A stretch of 64,000 nucleotides of DNA from Terriglobia bacterium (lineage in GTDB: Bacteria > Acidobacteriota > Terriglobia > JAJPHL01 > JAPKYU01). Below are positions 1 through 9,646 of this stretch, one piece after another. Under the pieces are notes generated by a model. The model was not told where the DNA came from. It made no database searches and was given only the letters and a program-made list of their open reading frames with translations. Position 1 is the first letter of the stretch. Each line of letters opens with the position of its first letter. Where the stretch lies: positions 1,056,695 through 1,120,694 of the forward strand of contig CBDCKA010000002.1 of assembly GCA_965218055.1 (NCBI GenBank), in the 5' to 3' direction. Both the position numbers and the translations under genes were made by a program.

Positions 1-219
1 CCTCGTTCAGGGCCCGGTTCAGAGCCTAGTTCCGCATACTGCGCGGCAGATTGTATCCCTCAGCCCGTTGAGCTACAAGCCAGTTTCGGTGGCTTCCGGC
101 CTGCGCCCGGCAACTTGGTCAGGTTGACGCGTGGTAGTGCTACACGCCACATTCCGCGCCGCTCCGTTCGCAGCTGCTTTCCCTTGACTGTGCCCTGTAG
201 ATCAAGGAAAAATCTTACG

Positions 220-582
220 ATGAGCCTGTCGCGACGGCAATTTTTTGGACGCTTGCGAGAGGTAGCCGAAGGGCCAGACCGCTGGCGCGAGCGGCGTATC
301 GCCGAACTGTGCGAGTATGCCCTGAAGAAGATGCCGGCCGGGTGGACCCCCCAGCAACGCGACACAGCCCGCTGGGCGGTGGAGCACCGCGTGGTGTACC
401 TGAGCGAGGAGTCGCTGAGGACACCGGAGATGTACAAATACGTCGACGCCATCCTGAGCAGCAAGGATCTCTTCTTTGAAACCACCGAGGTCTCTGAAAC
501 CACCGAGGTCTTTGAAGCCACCGAGACTGAGCAGGACCAGTACCACCACGAGGATCCCTATTGCGAGGACTACTCCGGCTAG
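220..582 (+). CDS. hypothetical protein with acidic C-terminal tail
   Basis: ATG at 220 (MSLSRRQFFGRL...); tail contains an 18-bp tandem repeat. Confidence 0.6.
   Translation: MSLSRRQFFGRLREVAEGPDRWRERRIAELCEYALKKMPAGWTPQQRDTARWAVEHRVVYLSEESLRTPEMYKYVDAILSSKDLFFETTEVSETTEVFEATETEQDQYHHEDPYCEDYSG
475..528 (+). repeat. 18-bp tandem repeat x3 (ETTEV)
   Basis: tttgaaaccaccgaggtc / tctgaaaccaccgaggtc / tttgaagccaccgagact. Confidence 0.85.
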
Positions 583-766
583 GTGGTTGGCTCGGTGACC
601 GGATCGCCCACCTCCATATCCTCTGACCTACGTCCTCGCCGGTCGCCAAACTAGCCCACATGACCTCGCGGTCTCTGCAGTTGGATCGCATCCTGACCTG
701 GCAAGAGGTTGCCTAGCGTCCTTGGACGCTGCTGCTGGCTCGGGGAGCGCAAGGCCCGGTGGTAGA

Positions 767-1321
767 ATGCCGGCCGTGGAGCTTCCCTGGGAACGGCCGG
801 AAGGGGATTGGCAGTCGGTCTCGCTCGCGGCGTTAGTGGGCTGGCTCGCATTCTACGCGCTGTTCCTGCTGCACGCGGCCACTGATCGGGACGGCTTCCT
901 GCTGATCGACAATGTCAACCTGATCATTCACGAGGGCGGCCATTTCTTTTTTGGTTGGTTCGGCTATATCGTTGGCATCCTGGGGAGGACGCTCGGCGAG
1001 TTGCTGGTCCCGCTGCTGATTGCCATCTACTTCTTCTGGCATCGCCAGACCGCGGCAGTTGCCTTCGCCGCATTCTGGTTCTTCGAGAACTTCCTCTACA
1101 TCGGGACCTATATGGCCGACGCGCGCACCCAGGTGATTCCGCTGGTGGGCTCGGGCGAGCACGATTGGGAAATCTTGTTCAGCCATTGGGGTGTGCTGGG
1201 GCAGGACCTTACGATTGGCGGCCTGACGCGCCGCCTGGGCTGGCTGGGTATGCTGGCCACGGTTGCATGGTTGATCTGGATGAGCCGCCGGACAACTTCC
1301 CGTGATCTGTACGATGGATGA
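767..1321 (+). CDS. membrane protein, M50-like metallopeptidase
   Basis: several TM segments; HEGGH motif; downstream HDW motif. Confidence 0.65.
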   Translation: MPAVELPWERPEGDWQSVSLAALVGWLAFYALFLLHAATDRDGFLLIDNVNLIIHEGGHFFFGWFGYIVGILGRTLGELLVPLLIAIYFFWHRQTAAVAFAAFWFFENFLYIGTYMADARTQVIPLVGSGEHDWEILFSHWGVLGQDLTIGGLTRRLGWLGMLATVAWLIWMSRRTTSRDLYDG

Positions 1322-1542
1322 CCAGAGCTTGGTGTGCTGGTGAATTCCAACTGCGCTACTCAGCAGTAGCGAACCGCTGAGCCATTCTGCAGCCGGTGCG
1401 CGCCATCTGCAGTGCAGCCCGGCGGCTAGCGCCTGAACCCGCGACCTGACGCCTGTCTTATTTGCGCAGCGCTTGGACAGCTTCATTCGATGCCCGCGCA
1501 AGCAAGGGGTCGTCGGGGGGGCACAGGTTTGCCAGAAATTTG

Positions 1543-1869
1543 CTAAGGTTTCAGGAAAATGCCAAGCAGCTTGATGGCAACGCCCTTTTTTATCGAACCT
1601 CCGATTTCCTGGGCCCGCACGACTTCTGCACTCATGGGCCGATCCATCGAGGGCTTTGATGGGTCGTAGGGAAATGTAACCTCCATCCCCATGCCCGGCT
1701 GGTAATCGCCAAAAGCCTCAAAGAAGATTCCGTTGCGGGTCAGGTTCTTGACGCTCCCCACTTGCGAAGACTGGTGGGAACCCTTGAACTGGACCAGGAT
1801 CTTGACCTCGTTGGTGACCCGATACCGTTGCCGCCGCTCGCTGCCCTCGTACTTAGGCTTATCTGGCAT
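1543..1869 (-). CDS. PilZ domain protein
   Basis: RRQRYR (RxxxR) and NLTRNG motifs; ~108 aa. Confidence 0.75.
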   Translation of the reverse strand: MPDKPKYEGSERRQRYRVTNEVKILVQFKGSHQSSQVGSVKNLTRNGIFFEAFGDYQPGMGMEVTFPYDPSKPSMDRPMSAEVVRAQEIGGSIKKGVAIKLLGIFLKP

Positions 1870-2133
1870 TGTCCTACATTAGCGCGCCAGGGCTGTGTTC
1901 CGCCATCATAGCAGCGTTTTCACGCCCGGCGAAGTGACAAACTAGCAACCGGGCCGGCCGAGGTGGAACTGTGTTGCCGATTCTGCGAATGATCGTGCTG
2001 GGAGGTACCCTTTGGCGTGCGGGCCCGGAGGCCTTGGCTGCAGCCAAAGCTGCACATCTGGTTTCCAACGTGCTTGCCTGCGCATATACTGGTCACGCAA
2101 CGGGCTATTGCTTCCAACCGAACGGGAGGAGAT

Positions 2134-3013
2134 CTGAAGGAAGGACGGAAATCTTATCGGCGCGGTGGAGGAGACCGTCGCCAGCGACAGATTCCTGTGT
2201 CGGTTGACCGGCGCAAGGTCCGGGATCGGCGCGCCAGAACGGATCGCCGCTCCAGAGAGAGTATCCAGGGATCTTTGTCCAGGGCAGATGCCAAGACAGG
2301 TGATGCTGCTGCCGCTGCTCCCAAGGCGCCGGCAGCCGAGCCCGAACCCAGGGCAGCCAAGCCCACCCCGAAGGCAGCCGAGCCCGAACCCAGGGCGGCC
2401 AAGCCCACCCCGAAGGCGCCCGAGCCCGGACCCAGAGAACCTGGCAGGGTAGTTCTGAACGACATCGTCCTGCGTTCGCTTGCAGCGGCAGATTCAGACG
2501 CCTTTGCTGCTCGGTTGGTAAAACTGAAGGTGTTTGCTTCGGTCGAAACGGCCAAACGGGCGTCGGGCAAGACGCCCTCCGTCCTGGCCCGTTACGTGGG
2601 CGAGGAGACCTCCTACGCGGTCTGCTCCGCGCTGAAGGAGATAGGTGCGGATGTCGCTCTGCAAGGCTCCCACGTCAACTGCCCCCACTGCGCATTTCCC
2701 CTACCCTGCGAGGGGGAGGCCAACAAGTCGCGGGGCGGCATTGTGTTCTCTTGTCCCTCCTGCAATGGCCTGACCATGCTCGACGTGCGGGACCGCAGCT
2801 TCCATCCCTTACTGCGCTGCACCGCCTTGTAAGTCGCTGCTGTATCTCCCAACCAACGCCCGGACAGGCAGGTACCGCTGCAGGTGCGGCAAGATTCTCG
2901 GCTACAACCAGGCACAGGTGAAGGCGGAGGTGGTGGCAGATCCCACCGAGGATGAGCCGTCTCCGCGAGCCGGCCGCAAGCCCAAACCTCGAAATCGCCC
3001 GCCAGAACTCTGA
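2134..3013 (+). pseudogene. multi-Zn-ribbon protein split by a frameshift near 2827
   Basis: CPHC and CPSC motifs; CTA|CKSLLYLP...CRCGK continues in the next frame to TGA 3011-3013; start uncertain (CTG 2134 after GGAGGAG). Confidence 0.55.
2333..2430 (+). repeat. 39-bp coding tandem repeat (AEPEPRAAKPTPK)
   Basis: about 2.5 copies visible in DNA and protein. Confidence 0.8.
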
Positions 3014-3046
3014 ACGCCGGAGTGGCCAGAAGGGTATGGATACCCG

Positions 3047-4174
3047 CTAGCCGGGTGCTCCCAGGGGAGGCTGCGAATAGGCGTGGGCGCGGCGGATGCG
3101 TTTCTCCACCGAGGGGTGACTATGGAAGAGAAACTCGACCAGCGGATGCGGACAGCGCTCGCTCAGGTTCTGGGCTGCTAACTTCTCCAGGCTGGAGATA
3201 AACGGCGCGGCGCTCCCAATGGCTCCCAGCGCGTACTCATCGGCCTGCCGCTCAAAATAGCGGGAGACGCCGTTCACCACCGGCAGTAGCACAAGTGAAA
3301 CAGCGGCGCCGACCAGCGCCAGCAGCGGCAAGTTGGCAAAATCGTCCAGGCCCCGGAAGCCGAGCCGAGGCGTGAAGGCGCGCAAAGCCGCGCCGGCCAG
3401 CCAGAATCCAGCGAAGCTGGTCGCCGCCTGGAGCGCCAGCGACTTGCCGATGTGATGATGGACGTGATGAGCTAGTTCGTGCGCCAGGACGGACTCGATC
3501 TCCTCGGACGAGTAATTTTCCAGCAGCGTATCGGCGAGCAGGATGCGGCGCGTGTTGCCCCAGCCGGCGAGCGCGGCGTTGGCCTTGCGGCTCTTCGCGC
3601 TCAGCTTCCACTCGAAGATGCCGCGCACGCGAGTTCCGGCGCGTGCGCACAGGCTGAGCAGCCGCTGGTTCACCTCCTCGTCCTGGAGGGGGCGGAACTT
3701 GTAAAACAGTGGGAACAGCAGCACAGGGGCCAGGTTCGCCAGGGCGACCACGAATAGCAGAAAGGCGGCCCAGGCGATCAGCCACCACTGTTCGGGGTAG
3801 GAGCGAAGCAGGCGGTAGAGGACCTGCGTGGCCGCCAGTGCCAGTACGACCCGCAGCGCGAAGCCTTTGGCCTGATCTTTCACCCAGGCCGCGCGGGTCA
3901 GGTTGGAAAGCCCGTAGCGGTGTTCCAGTACGTATCCGGTGTAGTAGTCCAGCGGCAGTCCCAGCGTTTTGCCCAACAGCAACAGAAGCGCGGTGTAACA
4001 CACCAGGGCTGCAGAGAAGTTGTCGGCCACTGCCCAGGCGAAATTGCGCAGGACAGCCGACCAGCCCAGCAACAGCAGCGCTGCCAGCCAGGCCCAGCCG
4101 AGCAGGAAGTCGGCCAGCCGGAGGTAACGCCGCGCGCGCTGGTAGCGGCGGGCGCGCACCTCCTCCTCAGGCAT
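3047..4174 (-). CDS. M48 family (Ste24-like) metalloprotease
   Basis: HELAH motif, ERQAD, SHP; N-terminal TM helices. Confidence 0.9.
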   Translation of the reverse strand: MPEEEVRARRYQRARRYLRLADFLLGWAWLAALLLLGWSAVLRNFAWAVADNFSAALVCYTALLLLLGKTLGLPLDYYTGYVLEHRYGLSNLTRAAWVKDQAKGFALRVVLALAATQVLYRLLRSYPEQWWLIAWAAFLLFVVALANLAPVLLFPLFYKFRPLQDEEVNQRLLSLCARAGTRVRGIFEWKLSAKSRKANAALAGWGNTRRILLADTLLENYSSEEIESVLAHELAHHVHHHIGKSLALQAATSFAGFWLAGAALRAFTPRLGFRGLDDFANLPLLALVGAAVSLVLLPVVNGVSRYFERQADEYALGAIGSAAPFISSLEKLAAQNLSERCPHPLVEFLFHSHPSVEKRIRRAHAYSQPPLGAPG

Positions 4175-5588
4175 TTCGGACCAGTTCCTCCACTTGGCTC
4201 AGGATGGCCGCGACCGCGTCGGGCGAAGGCGCTTCGGCATAGACGCGCAGCAGCGGCTCGGTGCCGGAGACGCGCACCAGCACCCACGCGTTGGGTTTCA
4301 GAAGAAACTTTTTCCCGTCCAGGTTCTCAACTGCGGTCACCCGAAAGCCCGCGATGCTTGAGGGGGCCTGTGCCAGAGCCGCCACTGCTCGCTCCTTCTG
4401 CTCCGGCGTCAGGTGCAGATCCAGCCGGTTATAAACCTGGGGCCCGTAGCGGCGATGCAGTTCGCCCACCAGCTCGCCGAGGGTCTTGCCGCGGTCGGCC
4501 ATCAGTTCAGCCAGCAGCAGGGAGACCAAAATGCCATCGCGCTCTGGCAGGTGCCCCTTGATACCAATACCCCCGCTCTCTTCCCCGCCGATCAGGATGT
4601 CGCGCTCCAGCATCAGGTCACAGATGTGCTTGAAGCCGATGGGGGTTTCATGCAGCATCAGGCCGTGGCTCGCGGCGATGCGGTCCACCATCTTGGTGGA
4701 GGAAAACGTCTTGGCAACTTCGCCGCGCATGCCGCGCTGCTCCAGCAGGTATTCGAGCAGCAGGCTGAAGATGCGGTGGGAATCCACCATCCCGCCTGTG
4801 CGGTCAATTGCCCCCACCCGGTCGGCATCGCCATCCAGGGCAAAGCCAGCGTCGTAGCCGCCTTCCAGGACCGCGCGCCGCAGTCCCTCAACGTGGGGCT
4901 CGATGGGTTCCGGGTTCAGGCCGGGGAAGAGCGGGTTTCGCGCGCCGTGTACCTCCCGATACGGGATGCCATGCTGCTCGAACAGGGCGGGCAGGTAGCC
5001 GCGGGCCGCGCCATACATGGGATCCACCGCCAGCCGCAGACCGGCACCGGCGATTTTCTTCAGGTTGGCCAACCGTGCCACCTGCTCAAGGTAAGGCGCG
5101 CGGAAATCCACCTGGCGGATATCCCCGCCGGGCCGTTCCGGCACTGCGGCGTCCAGCGCGGCTTCAATCTTGCCGACAATCGTGGGCGAGGCCGATCCGC
5201 CGTAGCTGGCCTTGAATTTGACGCCGTTCCACTGCCAGGGGTTGTGGCTGGCAGTAATCATCACCGCGCCGGCCGTCTGCCAGTGGCGCACGGCGTAGGA
5301 GGCGGCCGGGGTCGGGCTGTGGTCAGCCGCCAGCCAGACACACAGGCCGGCGCGGGCCAGCTCCTCGGCAGCAGTCTGCGCGAACCGCTCGGAGCCGAAG
5401 CGCAGGTCGTAGCCGACCGCCACCCCTCGCTCCGGTTGCTCGTAGCGATGAATGTAGGCGGCGACCGCGCGCACGACCCGGCGCACGTTGTCGGTGGTGA
5501 AGTCGTCGGCGATGACGCCACGCCACCCGTCGGTGCCGAATTTGATCGCGGCTACAGCAGCTTCTCGCGTTTGTGCTTCTCGAGCCAC
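4167..5588 (-). CDS. manB: phosphoglucomutase/phosphomannomutase
   Basis: FGTDGWRG, TASHNP, DGDADR, GEESGG. Confidence 0.9.
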   Translation of the reverse strand: MAREAQTREAAVAAIKFGTDGWRGVIADDFTTDNVRRVVRAVAAYIHRYEQPERGVAVGYDLRFGSERFAQTAAEELARAGLCVWLAADHSPTPAASYAVRHWQTAGAVMITASHNPWQWNGVKFKASYGGSASPTIVGKIEAALDAAVPERPGGDIRQVDFRAPYLEQVARLANLKKIAGAGLRLAVDPMYGAARGYLPALFEQHGIPYREVHGARNPLFPGLNPEPIEPHVEGLRRAVLEGGYDAGFALDGDADRVGAIDRTGGMVDSHRIFSLLLEYLLEQRGMRGEVAKTFSSTKMVDRIAASHGLMLHETPIGFKHICDLMLERDILIGGEESGGIGIKGHLPERDGILVSLLLAELMADRGKTLGELVGELHRRYGPQVYNRLDLHLTPEQKERAVAALAQAPSSIAGFRVTAVENLDGKKFLLKPNAWVLVRVSGTEPLLRVYAEAPSPDAVAAILSQVEELVRNA

Positions 5589-6679
5589 GCTACCACCTTG
5601 GAGACGTCCTGCGCCCGATCGCGGCGCGCGATCAATAGCGCGTCGTGGCAGTCCACCACCACCAGGTTTTCCACCCCGATGGCCGCGACCATCTTTTTGG
5701 GCCCCTTGCTTCCCGGCACCCCCAGCACGTCCAGGTAATTGCCCCGGGCGTCCAGCAGCCAGGCTTGGCCGCGCACCGCATTGCCCTTCTCGTCGTGCGG
5801 CAATAGCTCGTAGAGGGCGTTCCAGCTTCCCACGTCATTCCAGCCCATGTTGCAGAGCACGCCCGCCACCCGCCCCGCAGCGCCGGCCTTTTCCAGCACC
5901 GCATAGTCCACCGAAATGTTGTCGCACAGGGGATAGAGACGGGTCAGGGTCTGTGGCCGGAAGTCGCGCCCGATTTCATCCAGCAGCGCCGCCGTGCGTG
6001 GCAGGTACTGTTCCAGCGAGTCCAGGATGGTTGCCGCTGACCACAGGAACATGCCGCTGTTCCAGAAGTGCCGCCCGCTGCGCAAGAAACGCCGGGCGGT
6101 CGCCAGGTCCGGTTTCTCGCGGAAGCGCTCAACGGGCTGGAGACGGAGTCCGCTTGGGGGGCGAGCTTTGAACTGGATGTAGCCGTAGCCGGTTTCCGGC
6201 CAGCGTGGGCGGATGCCCAGGACCACCAAACACCCGGCGGACGCAGCGCGCGCTGCCACCCGCAGCGCCCTGTGAAACTGGGCCGGACGGGCCACGACGT
6301 GGTCGGACGGGAAAACCCCCAGCAGCGCCTCCCGGCCGGCTTTGCGCGCAATCAACCGCGCGGCCAGGCCGATGGCCGGGGCTGTGTTGCGCTGTGCCGG
6401 TTCGGCGATCACCTGCGACGGCGGAATGGCTGGAAGCTGCCGCAGGATGAGCTCGCGCAGATGTTCGTTGGTGAGGATCCAGGTGCGCTTGGGCGGGACC
6501 AGAGGCTGCAGCCGCTCCAGCGTCTGCTGGATCAGGCTGCCGCGGCCCAGCACAGGCAGGACCTGCTTGGCTCGGCGCCGCCGGCTGAGAGGCCAGAAGC
6601 GTGTGCCGCGCCCGCCGGCCAGGATCACGGCGTGCAGCCGGAGTTCGGATTGCGGATTGAGGATTGCGGGTTTTTTCAT
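5552..6679 (-). CDS. manC: mannose-1-phosphate guanylyltransferase
   Basis: ILAGGRGTRFWPLSR, RNTAPAI, FREKP, WNSGMF, WNDVGSW. Confidence 0.92.
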   Translation of the reverse strand: MKKPAILNPQSELRLHAVILAGGRGTRFWPLSRRRRAKQVLPVLGRGSLIQQTLERLQPLVPPKRTWILTNEHLRELILRQLPAIPPSQVIAEPAQRNTAPAIGLAARLIARKAGREALLGVFPSDHVVARPAQFHRALRVAARAASAGCLVVLGIRPRWPETGYGYIQFKARPPSGLRLQPVERFREKPDLATARRFLRSGRHFWNSGMFLWSAATILDSLEQYLPRTAALLDEIGRDFRPQTLTRLYPLCDNISVDYAVLEKAGAAGRVAGVLCNMGWNDVGSWNALYELLPHDEKGNAVRGQAWLLDARGNYLDVLGVPGSKGPKKMVAAIGVENLVVVDCHDALLIARRDRAQDVSKVVAWLEKHKREKLL

Positions 6680-6705
6680 ACACAAAGGGAGCCGCAAGGA
6701 ATTCT

Positions 6706-6777
6706 GGCCACAGAGCCGCAGAGGACACAGAGCCAAGCAAAGCTGACGGAACTCTATGTTCTCTGTGCCGCTGTGAT
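6706..6777. repeat. imperfect REP-like inverted repeat
   Basis: cacagagccgcagaggacacagag ... ctctatgttctctgtgccgctgtg between manA and manC. Confidence 0.55.
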
Positions 6778-6799
6778 TCCCATGGGCAATCTGAAATCG

Positions 6800-7705
6800 T
6801 CAGAGCTCTTCAATGACAATCCTCCGCTGCTCGTCCAGCGGCACGCCAGCTTGCTCCAGCGTGGCCCGGAACCGTTCCATGCTGACCGGGCTGACCGGGA
6901 CGTAAGCCTTCAGCCAGTTGGTTTTGCTCCGGGGAACGATGGCATAGTCTCCCAGTGTCTCGGGAAGGCGCCACATCTGCTGGTGCCCGTAGGGCGCACG
7001 GAAATCCCCTGCGACAATCTCCCCCTCCCCGTTCAGGAAGACCAGCACTTCGAACCTAGCTGGCTCGGTCGCCGCGCCGTACTCGCGGGCGGATGAAAAG
7101 CGCTCCAGGGCAAAGTGGCGGCAACCGATCAGGAAGTCGCGAGTTAGCTCAGCCGCCTCCGTCCGGACAGGCCGTATGCGCCCGGCGGCCGGATGGCGCC
7201 GGATCACCTCCAGGGCCTTTTCCAGATGAAGTTCTCGCGGGCGCCCATAATCGTAGAGCCGATAGGTAACGTCGCTGAGCTCCTGCACCTCGCACAGCGT
7301 CAGTCCCGGTCCGATGGCATGGACGGTCCCGGCCGGGACGAAGATGAAGTCGCCTGGCTCAACCGTGAACCAGTTCAGTTCCTGCTCGATGGTTCCCGCG
7401 CGCACGTGTTCCCGAATTTCCTTGGGGGCCAAGTCCCGGCGAAAACCAACCGCCAGTTGGGCGCCGGGCTCGGTTTCCACAATGTACCAACATTCCGTCT
7501 TGCCAGCGCTGTTCTCGTGCTCGAGGGCGTAGGCGTCGCCGGGGTGAACCTGCACGGAAAGCTTGTCGCTGGTGAAGAGGAACTTCAGCAGCAGCGGAGG
7601 CGCCGGAAACCAGATTTCCCCCAGACGCCGCCCGTCGCGGAGCTGCCCCCAGAGTTTCTCGTAATGCACGGGCGCAATGGGGAAGGGCCGCCTCTCCTGT
7701 TCCAC
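6800..7705 (-). CDS. manA: mannose-6-phosphate isomerase, type I
   Basis: LSVQVHP, KTECWY, PAGTVHAIG, YRLYDY. Confidence 0.9.
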   Translation of the reverse strand: MEQERRPFPIAPVHYEKLWGQLRDGRRLGEIWFPAPPLLLKFLFTSDKLSVQVHPGDAYALEHENSAGKTECWYIVETEPGAQLAVGFRRDLAPKEIREHVRAGTIEQELNWFTVEPGDFIFVPAGTVHAIGPGLTLCEVQELSDVTYRLYDYGRPRELHLEKALEVIRRHPAAGRIRPVRTEAAELTRDFLIGCRHFALERFSSAREYGAATEPARFEVLVFLNGEGEIVAGDFRAPYGHQQMWRLPETLGDYAIVPRSKTNWLKAYVPVSPVSMERFRATLEQAGVPLDEQRRIVIEEL

Positions 7706-7713
7706 CGACCTAC

Positions 7714-7779
7714 CTCAGCTTGGCCTCAACCGGGCCTCAGCTTGGCCTCAACTGAGCCTCAACTGGGCCCCAGCTTGGC
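7714..7779. repeat. short tandem duplications at the aminotransferase stop
   Basis: ctcagcttggcctcaac repeated. Confidence 0.7.
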
Positions 7780-8940
7780 GAAGAACTGGCGCATCCGCTC
7801 CAGGCCCCGCTCGAGCTCGCCGATCGAGGTGGCGTAGGAAAGCCGCAGGTGTTCGGTGCTGCCGAAGGCCTCGCCCGGCACCACCGCCACCTGCGCTTCA
7901 CGGAGCAGGCGGCCAGTCAGATCCATCGTGGAGATCCCGCCGTTGATCTTCAGGTAGGCGCCCACGTTCGGGTACACGTAGAAAGCTCCCTGCGGCATCG
8001 GGCAACGGATGCCGGGGATGCTGCGCAGCCCCGGGACCACGAAATCGCGCCGCTTCCGATATTCCGCGCACATCTGACCGACCGAATCCTGGGGGCCCCG
8101 CAGCGCCTCCACGCCCGCCTTCTGCGCAATAGAAGTTGGGTTGGAGGTGCAGTGACTCTGCAGCTTCAGCATAGCCTGAATGATCTCGGCGCGAGCCAGC
8201 ACATAGCCCACCCGCCAGCCGGTCATGGCAAAGGTCTTCGAGAGCGAACCAATGACAATGGCTTTTTCGCGGGCACCGAGCAGTGTCCCCACCGAAAAGG
8301 GCCGGCCTTCGTAGACAAAGTGCGAGTAGCACTCGTCGGAAAGCAGCAGGACGCCGCGCGAGGCGGCCAGCTCGTAGAGCTGGCGAAACTCCTCGGGCCC
8401 GATCACCGCCCCGCTGGGGTTGTTGGGGGAGTTGAGAACCAGCAGGCGCGTGCGGGCCGTCAGAGCCTGCTCGACGGCTTCCTGCCGAAGGCGGTAGCCG
8501 GCCTCCTCATCGGTCGGCACCAGGACCGCGCGCCCACTCGCGTACTGGATAATGTCGCGGAAGCTGACCCAGAAGGGCACGGGCAGGATCACCTCGTCGC
8601 CGGGATTGACCAGCACCGAGATGGCGTTGAAGATGGCATGCTTGCCCCCCACGGTGACCAGCACCTCGGCAGGCGTGTATTCGGTGCCGAACTGCTGATG
8701 GTGCCAGTCGCAGATGGCCCGTTTCAATTCGGCTGTGCCGCCGGTCGGGGTGTACTTGGTAAAGCCCTCCTGGATGGCGCGGACCGCGGCCTGGCAGATA
8801 TTGTCGGGGGTGATGAAATCCGGCTCACCCGCGCCGAAATCCACTAGGTCGGCGCCCGCCGCCCGGGACCTTTCGGCCTCCGCCACCACGGCCTGCGTGG
8901 CGCTAACAGAAATTCGTGAGATACGTTCGGATAGTTGCAA
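7759..8940 (-). CDS. PLP-dependent aminotransferase class I (AspC-like)
   Basis: GEPDF, NSPNNPSG, SDECY, SKTFAMTGWRVGY. Confidence 0.92.
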   Translation of the reverse strand: MQLSERISRISVSATQAVVAEAERSRAAGADLVDFGAGEPDFITPDNICQAAVRAIQEGFTKYTPTGGTAELKRAICDWHHQQFGTEYTPAEVLVTVGGKHAIFNAISVLVNPGDEVILPVPFWVSFRDIIQYASGRAVLVPTDEEAGYRLRQEAVEQALTARTRLLVLNSPNNPSGAVIGPEEFRQLYELAASRGVLLLSDECYSHFVYEGRPFSVGTLLGAREKAIVIGSLSKTFAMTGWRVGYVLARAEIIQAMLKLQSHCTSNPTSIAQKAGVEALRGPQDSVGQMCAEYRKRRDFVVPGLRSIPGIRCPMPQGAFYVYPNVGAYLKINGGISTMDLTGRLLREAQVAVVPGEAFGSTEHLRLSYATSIGELERGLERMRQFFAKLGPS

Positions 8941-8969
8941 TGGGTCGCTCGATTCAGTCGGTGCCGGGA

Positions 8970-9467
8970 TCAGACCGGAACCTTGGTTTTCAGCCGCTCC
9001 ACCACGATGGGCGGCACCAGGTCCTTGATGTCGCCGCCCAGCAAGTGCACTTCCTTGACCAGCCGCGAGCTGATGTAGCTGTAGGTTTCGGCTGGCATCA
9101 TATACACGGTTTCCACCCGGGGGTTCAGCTTGCGGTTCATCAGGGCCATCTGCAACTCGTACTCGTAATCAGAGATGGCGCGAATGCCCCGCAGAATCAC
9201 GTTGGCGTCGCGCCGGGCGGCGTAGTCCACCAGCAGCCCGTCAAAAGATTCGACCAGGACCCGGCCCAGCGGCGCCGTCACTTGCTGCAGCATCTCCATC
9301 CGCTCTTCCAGAGAGAACAGGGGGCGCTTGTCCGGGTTGCGGAGCACGCCGACGATCAGCTCGTCGAAAATCTTGATGCCGCGCTCGATCAGGTCCAGGT
9401 GGCCGTTGGTCAGTGGGTCAAAGGACCCAGCATACACGGCCCGCCTGTAATTGGCCATCTCCCGCAT
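8970..9467 (-). CDS. coaD: pantetheine-phosphate adenylyltransferase
   Basis: YAGSFDPLTNGHLD, RGIRAISDYEYE, ISS. Confidence 0.95.
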   Translation of the reverse strand: MREMANYRRAVYAGSFDPLTNGHLDLIERGIKIFDELIVGVLRNPDKRPLFSLEERMEMLQQVTAPLGRVLVESFDGLLVDYAARRDANVILRGIRAISDYEYELQMALMNRKLNPRVETVYMMPAETYSYISSRLVKEVHLLGGDIKDLVPPIVVERLKTKVPV

Positions 9468-9646
9468 TCTAGGGGGCGGTGCGCACCGCCGTCAATGTCC
9501 GCCGAAGCCGGGCCAGCACGAGCGCTGAGAGCGTACGGTCCCGATTGTCAGTTCCTGGCGCCGGCGGGCCTGGACCCTTTCGTGGATGGAGAAGCTGCCG
9601 GGGGGCGAGATTGACGGGGATGGGCGAGGCGCAATAGACTGGGCTG

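Noticed and set aside
4413-5738. 441-aa + strand ORF
   Set aside because: Antisense shadow of manB in GC-rich DNA; no motifs
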